Source: Promethearchaeota archaeon (GTDB lineage: Archaea > Asgardarchaeota > Lokiarchaeia > Sigyniarchaeales > SOKP01). From it: a stretch of 64,000 nucleotides of DNA. A model generated the notes under the pieces. The model made no database searches and was not told where the DNA came from. It saw only the letters and a list, made by a program, of their open reading frames with translations. Within the stretch, counting starts at the first letter, position 1, and each line of letters begins with the position of its first letter. The DNA lies in the NCBI GenBank assembly GCA_048937405.1, contig JBHLNF010000008.1, forward strand, positions 96,001 through 160,000, given 5' to 3'. Below are positions 22,628 through 31,075 of the stretch, piece after piece. The translations under genes were made by a program, and so were the position numbers.

Positions 22628-23509
22628 TTAAAGATTTTCAATAGCTGTATTTCTTCTAGTTCGATGGTTTTTTAAACCAATTTCCTCAGAACTTACACCC
22701 ATTGCTAAAGCTAACAATTCAGTTACATATAATACTGGAATATTATATTCAGATTCAAATTTCTTTGAAAGATTTCGCTGTTCACCATCTAATCGTTGAA
22801 AACACGCTGGACAGTTTACAACAATACAATTAGCGCCAGCTTTTTTAATCGAATCAAGTTTTTGTTTCAATATTGCATCTCCATGTTCTGGATAAGGTCC
22901 AGCAACAGCATTTCCACAACAAAGTCCCAATTCTTCGTAATCAACCACATTAGCTCCCGAAGCAGCGACAATTTCTTTCAAATTTTTTGGACGTAGAGGA
23001 TCATCAGAATCCATCCATTCAACAGGTCTCATGTAATGACAACCTGGGTGACAAGCAACCTTTAGATTACTCATTTGCTTTGTAATTCCACCTTTTATTG
23101 CATCTAATTTTGATAATAAAACATCAACAAAATGCTTTACATCAATGGAACCTTTATATTCCTTTCCAATCTTAGCCAATTCTTTGTTAATGGCTTCTTT
23201 TTTATTGGAATCATGCTTTAATTGATGCTGTACTCCACGAAGTGTATTAGTACAACCATTGCAGAGTGAAATTATATCTTTACCTTCAGCTTCGGCCAAA
23301 CATAAATTTCGGGCACCTAAAGCTAACCAAGTGGTATTATCAAAACTTTTTACTCCAGTAGGATCTGGACAACATGCAAAAGGAGCTTGTGAAGTTTGAA
23401 CTCCAATTTTATCTAAAACTTTTCTAGAAGCTGCTTCAATAAATGGAATTCTGTTTCCAATAGTACAACCTTCAAACATTTTATATTCTGCCATTTTGTT
23501 TTCCTCCAT
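22628..23509 (-). CDS. hdrB: Heterodisulfide reductase subunit B (copy 1)
   Basis: Two CCG domains: GC...ACCPDP...CNGC and HPGCH...CCG...CPAC. Confidence 0.92.
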   Translation of the reverse strand: MEENKMAEYKMFEGCTIGNRIPFIEAASRKVLDKIGVQTSQAPFACCPDPTGVKSFDNTTWLALGARNLCLAEAEGKDIISLCNGCTNTLRGVQHQLKHDSNKKEAINKELAKIGKEYKGSIDVKHFVDVLLSKLDAIKGGITKQMSNLKVACHPGCHYMRPVEWMDSDDPLRPKNLKEIVAASGANVVDYEELGLCCGNAVAGPYPEHGDAILKQKLDSIKKAGANCIVVNCPACFQRLDGEQRNLSKKFESEYNIPVLYVTELLALAMGVSSEEIGLKNHRTRRNTAIENL

Positions 23510-24033
23510 TATAATTTTTTATCAGCACCTACTGCTTTTAATAAAGTTTGAATTTCATTAACATCTGGTTCAACAACACTTGGTAAGCCTAATTGCTCAC
23601 GTCTTCTCTCGATAGCTGGTTGAGATGGAATTGCTTTCCCACTTTCAAATACTGTTTTTGCTTGAGCTACAATATTATCAGGTGCCAATCCAGCTCCTGT
23701 TGTAACGTTTTTTGCTAATGTTATTATTTCCGTAACTTCAATCGCCTGAGGACAAACTGTATCACAAGTATCGCACACTGTACAACCCCATGGTATGATT
23801 GCAGATTTTGTACCTGCTAACATCATTACTACATCTTTATATCCTAAAAGAGTTCCTAAAACAATTAATCTAGGATCAAAAACATTTTCATAAAAAGGAT
23901 TAGCTACAGAAGCGACAGGACAGTTATCCGTACATCTATTACATTGATAGCAGTATTTGATTTTATCAGATCCAATATGAACATCCATTATTAATTTCCT
24001 AAATTCAAAATCTATACCTACCGGTAATGCCAT
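23509..24033 (-). CDS. hdrC: Heterodisulfide reductase subunit C (copy 1)
   Basis: CYQCNRCTDNCP and WGCTVCDTCDTVCP; RREQLGLP; adjacent to hdrB. Confidence 0.9.
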   Translation of the reverse strand: MALPVGIDFEFRKLIMDVHIGSDKIKYCYQCNRCTDNCPVASVANPFYENVFDPRLIVLGTLLGYKDVVMMLAGTKSAIIPWGCTVCDTCDTVCPQAIEVTEIITLAKNVTTGAGLAPDNIVAQAKTVFESGKAIPSQPAIERRREQLGLPSVVEPDVNEIQTLLKAVGADKKL

Positions 24034-24086
24034 TTTTTTCACGTTTTTTTTTGAGTTATTTTCATTTCATTTTTACTTAATTTTTA

Positions 24087-24157
24087 TTGGTTTTAACCCA
24101 TGCAAGGGCAGTCATATCCAATCTATTATTTTTATTGGATAGTTCATCCTAAACCAA
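24087..24157 (-). promoter_or_regulatory. Putative eukaryote-like SECIS element at the 3' end of vhuU
   Basis: Minus strand reads AUGA-AC-UAUCCAAU-(AAAAAUAAUAG)-AUUGGAUA-UGAC: an AUGA...GA core, a perfect 8-bp helix and an A-rich loop (core 24111-24147); possible lower pairing UUGGUUU/AAACCAA. Confidence 0.75.
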
Positions 24158-24293
24158 CATTTAGCTCACGAGAGTAAATTTCTTTACCCCTCTCATCAAC
24201 AACAGTGATGTGAGCGGCACATGATAGTCAACAATCATAACAACGAACTATCATTTCTAAGACATTTACTACTCCTTCTGGTATATCACTCAT
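24144..24293 (-). CDS. vhuU: Selenocysteine-containing hydrogenase subunit VhuU (split C-terminus of the [NiFeSe] large subunit); not in the ORF track
   Basis: MSDIPEGVVNVLEMIVRCYDC-U(TGA 24230-24228)-LSCAAHITVVDERGKEIYSRELNVGLG*; the TGA is at the Ni-ligand position of the L2 motif that the upstream MvhA lacks. Confidence 0.93.
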
Positions 24294-24330
24294 TTTTTTT
24301 ATTCACACTCTATATTAATTTTGAATTAGT

Positions 24331-25638
24331 CTATTTAATCCATGGATCTGGTAATTTTAATCCATCCAAAGCTTTATCTTCAAATACTTGTTTCGCGGAG
24401 TGCATTAAGGACTTTTCGATTCCTGCGATGTTATGATTAGTAGCTACTAAAAGATTCAGTTTCTTACAAATACCTTGAGCATCGGACCAAATGTTATATA
24501 GGAGAAGACCTCGTGGAGCTTCTGTAACTCCAACACCATTTCCTTCTCTTGGTTGGACATCGAGTGTTTTGCAGTCAGGATTCACAATATCAGGATCTTT
24601 GAGTAATGTAGCAATCATCTCAATTGATTCTACCATTTCAATTATTCTCGCCCAGTGATATGCAAAAGTATGATGAATTACATTTGTTCCTATCTTTTCT
24701 CTCATTGCCTTTAATGCTGCATCAGCTAATGGCGTAGCCATTTTATCAGCACAATTAATCATTGCTAAAGTATTCGCACGATAAATACCCTCAGGGTATC
24801 CTGCTGGCTTATAGTACATATGAGTAGCATAAGAATGCTTAGGAATGTGTTCTCCAAGTGCTTCCAGATAATTCTGAGGTTTATAATCAAATTTTTCTCC
24901 GGTTGGAGATACAATTCTGATATCACCGTCATAAATATCATGAACACCATTTTTAGTTAATCCTACATAATAAGTAGGTACCACAGCAACATTAGCTACA
25001 ACATCCCAATAATCCTCAACTACTTTTAAAGCTATCTCAACTGTTTTCTTTGTAAATTCTATTTGTTCATCAATTACTTTTAAGAATTTGTCACGCACAT
25101 CTTCATCTAAAGGCTTTTTCATCCCTCCAACTATAGCAGCTATTGGATGAACAGCTTTGCCACCAACTGCAGCACATAATTTCTGACCGAAATCCATCAT
25201 CTTTAATGCCATAGCTCCAACATCAGGCATTTTATTAATTACATGAACGACATTTCTTAAAGCTGGATCTGCAAAAGGTCCTAATAAGAAATCAGGAGCT
25301 GCAAGAGCATAGAAATGAATCACGTGCGATGAATATTGTTTTGCATTTATTAATAATTGACGCAATTTATATGCGGGAGTAGGAATCTGAACACCCCAAG
25401 CATCTTCTACAGCCTTAGTGGGTGTTAAATGATGTGGAATTGGACAAATACCACAAATTCTTGGAGTAATTCGAGGTACATGTTCGCAATAACGTCCCTC
25501 AACAAATTTCTCAAAAAATCTTGTTGACTGAATATTGAACTGAACATCCTTTACTGTACCATCATCCCCAAGTACTATTCTCAACCCACCATGACCTTCT
25601 AATCGAGTAACAGGTTCTACTTCTATTTCTTTCACCAT
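24331..25638 (-). CDS. mvhA: Group 3c [NiFe(Se)]-hydrogenase large subunit lacking the L2 motif (VhuA-type)
   Basis: EPVTRLEGH, RFFEKF, L1 motif RICGICPIPHH, EAPRG, ATNHN; ends without DPCxxC. Confidence 0.95.
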   Translation of the reverse strand: MVKEIEVEPVTRLEGHGGLRIVLGDDGTVKDVQFNIQSTRFFEKFVEGRYCEHVPRITPRICGICPIPHHLTPTKAVEDAWGVQIPTPAYKLRQLLINAKQYSSHVIHFYALAAPDFLLGPFADPALRNVVHVINKMPDVGAMALKMMDFGQKLCAAVGGKAVHPIAAIVGGMKKPLDEDVRDKFLKVIDEQIEFTKKTVEIALKVVEDYWDVVANVAVVPTYYVGLTKNGVHDIYDGDIRIVSPTGEKFDYKPQNYLEALGEHIPKHSYATHMYYKPAGYPEGIYRANTLAMINCADKMATPLADAALKAMREKIGTNVIHHTFAYHWARIIEMVESIEMIATLLKDPDIVNPDCKTLDVQPREGNGVGVTEAPRGLLLYNIWSDAQGICKKLNLLVATNHNIAGIEKSLMHSAKQVFEDKALDGLKLPDPWIK

Positions 25639-25640
25639 TA

Positions 25641-26966
25641 TTACATACCTCCTTTTCTTGATGCTAATGTAAATTTTTCAAACGTACCAACAGGATCTTT
25701 AACTTGGGAAAGTAATTCCTCTTTCGATAAACTTACGTTAAATCCCTTTAGTACTGTATCAGCAAACCTCTCTGCTTGATTAACACCCCATTTGGTTTGA
25801 CCATAACAGCCTGAACATGGAGCATTAACTTTAATGCATAAGGCACCACAGCCAGCTTGAGTTACAGGACCCATACAAATATAACCTTGTTCAAGTAAAC
25901 AATCTTCCATATTTGGTAGTCCTTCATAATCTCGTTTAACTCTTGTCATTGTAGATTTACTTCCAATGATTCTTGGACATGTATCACAGACATTTGATAT
26001 TTCATGGAAATCGGGATTATCTCTTAAAAAGCTCATTAAATTCGAAGCAATTTCCTCAGTTGTAGGGGGAAGATTTGCTAATTGTGTCTCTGGTGCACCA
26101 CGTTTCTTTATTTGTTTTATAATATCACCAGCAAGATCAAAACCAGCCATTAAAGGAAGATTTAAAAACAGGGGTAAAAATTCAAAAATACTCTTTTTAT
26201 CTCCTGAACTTATGGCTCCAAGATTTTTTGTCATACTATTTAATTTTTCAGCTCTGACACCCACAGTTTTAGCTGGTCCCATACAACCTAAACATGGAGA
26301 TCCATTATTTGGACATTTCATTGAACATCCCATGCTTGTAATTGGTCCAAAACACAATTTACCTGCATCTAATAGACATCCAGATTGATTTAACGCACAA
26401 TCATTACAAAATGCCAAATTATTCATAGGGAATGGCTTTTGCCCGAGTAAAAACCCAATTGCACTATATATTTGTTGTGATTTTGGAGGACAACCAGATA
26501 TATATGCATCCACTTTGATTACCCTATCTACGGGTACAATCTTAGATTCAAAACCAGGAACATGTTCCGTTGGTTCTCCACCACTTTCATCTGCAATACT
26601 CTCTACTTGTGAGAATTTCCTGTCAATTAATTCTTGTATATCCCATTGGTTAGCTAATCCATGCACATTTCCATAACATGAACAACTACCAAAAGCTACA
26701 ATAATAGCACATTTTTGACGCATTAGCTTTGTACCTTCAACATCTTGTTTAGTTCGAAGGCTTCCTTCTATGAATCCAACGACAATTTCACCGTCTTCTC
26801 TAGCTTCCAATGAATCATACTTGAAATCGACTACTGCTGGCCAATAGACAATCTCTAACGCGGGCAAGACTGGCAAAAGGGCTAAATGTAAGTCAACTAA
26901 ACTCTGATGACAGCCCCAACAGTCACTATTTTGCCAAAATGCGACCTTAACAGGTATAGAGATCAC
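25641..26966 (-). CDS. mvhG: Hydrogenase small subunit MvhG/VhuG (copy 1) with a duplicated C-terminal Fe-S domain
   Basis: DCWGCHQS, FIEG, FGSCSCYG, SGCPP, then two copies of CxxC...CLL..G..CxGPxTxxGCxxxC....PCxGCxG. Confidence 0.92.
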   Translation of the reverse strand: MISIPVKVAFWQNSDCWGCHQSLVDLHLALLPVLPALEIVYWPAVVDFKYDSLEAREDGEIVVGFIEGSLRTKQDVEGTKLMRQKCAIIVAFGSCSCYGNVHGLANQWDIQELIDRKFSQVESIADESGGEPTEHVPGFESKIVPVDRVIKVDAYISGCPPKSQQIYSAIGFLLGQKPFPMNNLAFCNDCALNQSGCLLDAGKLCFGPITSMGCSMKCPNNGSPCLGCMGPAKTVGVRAEKLNSMTKNLGAISSGDKKSIFEFLPLFLNLPLMAGFDLAGDIIKQIKKRGAPETQLANLPPTTEEIASNLMSFLRDNPDFHEISNVCDTCPRIIGSKSTMTRVKRDYEGLPNMEDCLLEQGYICMGPVTQAGCGALCIKVNAPCSGCYGQTKWGVNQAERFADTVLKGFNVSLSKEELLSQVKDPVGTFEKFTLASRKGGM

Positions 26967-27806
26967 CTCTTTTAATTTTAGCAGTTTTTACAGCCATTTT
27001 ATTTTTCACTTTTGTTGTTTTTTTTGATTTTAAACTAGCTAATTTGTAATAAAAATAATTAGTTGAGATAGTTTATTCATAACTTTATTAAAAATTTCTG
27101 ATTAAGTTTATATTTAGACAGATTTATTTAAATTCAAGTTTATGAATAAATATTCAAAATACTCAACACGTTAATTTGAATCATTTTTTTAAACACAAAA
27201 TTGATAGCAGGTTTTATTAAGAAAATAATGTTTTTCTGTTAAATTATGATAAAAATATCCACTAATTTTATTATTTTTTAAAAATATATTTCTTATTTTC
27301 ATTTAATATTGTTTAACTATCAAGAATTAGCAAAAAATACAGTAGCTTTTTATTATGAAAAGATTTCAAATTTAATTATTCAAAACAGAGATATCAAATT
27401 TAATAATAATGAATATTTTAAAACTCATTTAGGATTTTCATTTATATTTTAATATCGAATGATTATTCAGAAAACTAAAATATAAAAACAAGTTGGATAA
27501 ATGTTGTAGATATTATAAATACGTTGAATTGCTCCGATGATGTCTATCCATATCCAGATGTAAAAAGTAAAAGAAAAAAGATTCAAAATGTAATCCATTT
27601 GACATATAGAGCTGTTGTTGTTTTAAAAAAAGAATTAATCAAACTTATTATGATTAATATTTCTTTTGAAAACGTTGATAGCTGAAATAGCGTTGAAGAA
27701 TTGAATGATAATGCCACAAATCCTTTAATTATTAAGAATTAAAGGTTTGGATTCTGAAATTTTTAACATATGATTTAAGAATAAAGATTACTAATAAACT
27801 AGGGAC

Positions 27807-28370
27807 TTAAAATGAACCGCAACCTTTACACTTTCCATCTAAATATGCTGCACAATCATAACATATATTCCCACATTTTTCTTCTTGACTTTCTTGGCTG
27901 AATAAATTAATTGGTAAAAACTTAGGATTGATGAGATCCGATACAAATATTATTGCAGAGTGAAGTATTCCTTTTTTATTCGTAGGGCCGCAATAATTGA
28001 TATATCGATGTAAAACATCTACATTTTGCCCGATTATTCCTAATATCAAATTATATTGACCCGTAACTTGTGCCAGAAGAAAAACTCTTGGACATTCTGA
28101 ATAAGCTTCAATTATATTTTGTACTTCCTCATAGTTTTTCATTTCAATCAAGATAAAAAGAGCTTTAAATTTTAGCTTGTTAATATTTAAGTTAGCTTGA
28201 ACTTTGAGTACTTCAGATTCTTCTAATTTAGAAATTCGTTTAGCAATACCGGTATGACTCATAGTTTCATTACCAAATTTATAAATGACTTTTTCTAAAG
28301 TTGTTAGGCTTTGACGACCTTCTTTAAACAATTCAGCTATAATTTGTCTATCAACATTATCTATTAGCAT
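27807..28370 (-). CDS. Lrp/AsnC-family regulator with Cys-rich C-terminal tail (copy A)
   Basis: DNVDRQII...GRQS...IAKRISKLEE HTH; AsnC-type domain; CGNICYDCAAYLDGKCKGC. Confidence 0.88.
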   Translation of the reverse strand: MLIDNVDRQIIAELFKEGRQSLTTLEKVIYKFGNETMSHTGIAKRISKLEESEVLKVQANLNINKLKFKALFILIEMKNYEEVQNIIEAYSECPRVFLLAQVTGQYNLILGIIGQNVDVLHRYINYCGPTNKKGILHSAIIFVSDLINPKFLPINLFSQESQEEKCGNICYDCAAYLDGKCKGCGSF

Positions 28371-28775
28371 TTTTTCTAATTGATATTAATTTTTTTAATT
28401 ATAACGTTATTTCTAGTTTTTAAAATTTGTCGATTATAAAAATTCAGTTAACCTATATATCTAATAAAAAATTTTACATATTCCACTTTTATATTAACAT
28501 ATCCATCGCTTCTTAAACTTTCTTGAAATAACTCTGCAATATATTGTTTGTATTGATTACTATTAATGATTAATAATAATTTTCATAACTTCATCTAAAA
28601 ATTTTGTATTCCATTGTCAATTTCTATTTTCACACAAAATTTCAGCTTTCAATTTGAAATCTTTTATGGATTTTTGTTGTAGAATGAAACTGGAAAGTAA
28701 TAAACTGTTTAAACCTTCCTGAATCCTTATAAGGAATCAATTTCTATTTATATAATCATTTCTAATAATATAATT

Positions 28776-29339
28776 ATGCCTTTAGATCAAATTGATAAAC
28801 AGATTCTAAAATTGTTATTTGAAAATGGTCGAGAAAGCCTAAGCTCTTTGAGTATAAACGTTTTAAAATCAAACAAAGAATCAATGAGTCATGCAGGTAT
28901 TGCAAAACGAATTTCAAAATTGGAAGATGAACTTATACTTAAGATACAAGGTAATATTGGAATTAATAATTTAAACTATTTTGCTGCATTTATCTTGATT
29001 GAAATGAAAAATTATGAGGAACTACAAAATATAATTGAAGCATATTCAGAATGTCCAAGAGTTTTTCTGCTGGCTCAAGTTACGGGTCAATATAATTTGA
29101 TATTTGGAATTATCGGGCAAGATATGGATATTTTGCATCGATATATCAATTATTGCGGCCCTACGAATAAAAAAGGAATACTTCACTCTGCAATAATATT
29201 TGTATCGGATCTCATCAATCCTAAGTTTTTACCAATTAATTTATTCGGCCAAGAAAGTCAGGAAGAAAAATGTGGGAATATATGTTGTGATTGTGCAGCA
29301 TTTATCGATGGAAAGTGTAGAGGATGTGGTAACTTTTAA
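28776..29339 (+). CDS. Lrp/AsnC-family regulator with Cys-rich C-terminal tail (copy B)
   Basis: Paralogue of 27807..28370; CGNICCDCAAFIDGKCRGC. Confidence 0.88.
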   Translation: MPLDQIDKQILKLLFENGRESLSSLSINVLKSNKESMSHAGIAKRISKLEDELILKIQGNIGINNLNYFAAFILIEMKNYEELQNIIEAYSECPRVFLLAQVTGQYNLIFGIIGQDMDILHRYINYCGPTNKKGILHSAIIFVSDLINPKFLPINLFGQESQEEKCGNICCDCAAFIDGKCRGCGNF

Positions 29340-29663
29340 GGTCAAAACTATATATTAGTTAATATAACATCAACTAACTATATTTGGGTATTTCTTTCTT
29401 TAACCTCAATATAAGAATAAGAGTTAGGATTTTTGTATGTGAGTTCATACTCTTTAGGACAAATTTAATAATAATAAAATTGTGAAATCTTTGTTTCACA
29501 TTTAAACTTTATTTACTAGATTGTTATAATTTGAAACAAGACCTATTTCTGAAGTTTAAATTATCCAGTTTAAGTAATGCTTATAAGTAAGCTATTTTTT
29601 TTAAGTTTAAACTAATTTATTTAAAAAAAATAAATACCTTTAAATTTAAAAGTGATTTAGAAC

Positions 29664-30335
29664 ATGAACAAGAAAATTTTACGATTGTTCATTATATTCT
29701 TCTTTGTTTTTGCAACTATAGGAACTGTTAGTGCTTGGCCTGGTTATATGTCAGAATGGGAAGAAACTGATCATGGATCTTGTCATGCGGGAACCTATAC
29801 TGAGTCTACAGGTACACTATCTGCAACAATTACTCCTGTAAATACCACAACTGTTACACTCGATCCTGGAACTACCTTTAATGTTACCCTTGATATTACA
29901 GGATTTACTGCGGCAGCAAATATGAGCGTTTTAGTTGGTATATCCGCTAGAATTAGTGATAATCACGATTTCTTTTTTGGTGTTCATAATGATAGTGGAG
30001 AGCTTGGAGCAACTGCCTTTGCGGTTGAATTAGACGCCTCTGGAAATGCTGATAACACAGTAACTATTATTGCATTCGCTCCCACTACTGGTGGTTCTCA
30101 TACATTAACAATTGTAGCTGTTGAAGGAGGAGAATCATACGCTACATCTCATGAATTTAATTACATTAAAACTGAAATAACAGTTACAGTTAAATCTACG
30201 GGTGGAGGGAGTATTCCAGGATATAGTATATTCTTCATTAGTTCTATTGGAGTTATGACTACTATTCCTATAGTGTTAATTACCCTTCGTAAAAGAAAAA
30301 ATCATAAGGAGTTGAATTCAATTGAAGAAGAATAA
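29664..30335 (+). CDS. Exported, C-terminally anchored beta-rich protein with a single-Cys HGSCH motif; candidate atypical c-type cytochrome
   Basis: Signal peptide ...TVSA|WP; DHGSCHAG contains the only Cys; IPGY-TM-RKRK Loki-CTERM-like anchor; upstream of ccmC. Confidence 0.7.
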   Translation: MNKKILRLFIIFFFVFATIGTVSAWPGYMSEWEETDHGSCHAGTYTESTGTLSATITPVNTTTVTLDPGTTFNVTLDITGFTAAANMSVLVGISARISDNHDFFFGVHNDSGELGATAFAVELDASGNADNTVTIIAFAPTTGGSHTLTIVAVEGGESYATSHEFNYIKTEITVTVKSTGGGSIPGYSIFFISSIGVMTTIPIVLITLRKRKNHKELNSIEEE

Positions 30336-30996
30336 AATGATTGTGTTAGCTGTAATTACTACCATGATATTTGGTGTTGTAGGTTATGTAGTTGCTCATC
30401 CCTCAGAAATTGTAGATTATACGGGAGCAGATCATGTTTCAACTGGATGTCATGGTACAAATGGTGTTGCTTCTAGCGGAACTCTTCAAGTATCAACCTC
30501 AACTTCTGGTAAGTTGATTACCCTTACTGTTACAATACAAGGATTTACAGATGCACTTCCGACTAGTAATAATAGATCTGGGACATTTTCTATTGGAATT
30601 CCTTATAATCTTGGAGATAATAGGGAATTTGGGCTAGGTATGACGCAAAATACTGTTAATGGCGAGGCTAATTATTGGGGAATCGGTATATGGGACGTTG
30701 AATTAGATTCAAATGGAAATACAGTTAATCCCTTGAGATTTAGAGTGCTAGCTCCTGAAACTGATGGAACATATGATTTAATTGTTGCTGTTATAAATGG
30801 AGTAAATTCAGAGGGAGATTACGAAAGTATTATTTATATGCACAAAATAATATCTGTTGCAGTAACAGGTGGAAGCATAACAATAGCTTCTCTAACTATG
30901 ATCTTTCCTCTAAATAATATATTTCTTTATGCAACTTTTGGATTATTTAGTACTGGGATGATAATTTTCGTGTTTAAGCGTAGAAAAATTAGATAA
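30322..30996 (+). CDS. Exported, C-terminally anchored paralogue with a single-Cys HVSTGCH motif; candidate atypical c-type cytochrome
   Basis: Signal ...VVA|HP; DHVSTGCHG contains the only Cys; shares DNxxF, VELDxxGN and APxTxG motifs with 29664..30335; C-terminal TM + KRRK. Confidence 0.7.
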   Translation: MKKNKMIVLAVITTMIFGVVGYVVAHPSEIVDYTGADHVSTGCHGTNGVASSGTLQVSTSTSGKLITLTVTIQGFTDALPTSNNRSGTFSIGIPYNLGDNREFGLGMTQNTVNGEANYWGIGIWDVELDSNGNTVNPLRFRVLAPETDGTYDLIVAVINGVNSEGDYESIIYMHKIISVAVTGGSITIASLTMIFPLNNIFLYATFGLFSTGMIIFVFKRRKIR

Positions 30997-31075
30997 AATT
31001 AATTAAGTCCAACTATAACAATCAATTTTTTTTTTATAAACCTTAAAATTTTAAATGAAAAAACAAATTTTTTAA

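Larger units (their letters stand above)
27807..29339. repeat. Long inverted repeat formed by the 3' parts of the two Lrp genes (arms approx. 27807-28157 and 28989-29339)
   Basis: 27900-28010 is the exact reverse complement of 29136-29246 (111 bp); the rest of each arm is highly similar. Confidence 0.92.

Noticed and set aside
24221-24436. 71-aa plus-strand ORF in the track
   Set aside because: Antisense shadow of vhuU and the end of mvhA
27460-27790. Coding-like stretch between mvhG1 and the Lrp pair
   Set aside because: Interrupted frames on both strands with no convincing start or recognisable homology; may be a gene remnant but cannot be supported
28445-28710. Possible decayed ORF between the two Lrp genes (…IAELFQESLRSDGYVNIKVEY…)
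   Set aside because: Multiple stops and no identifiable family
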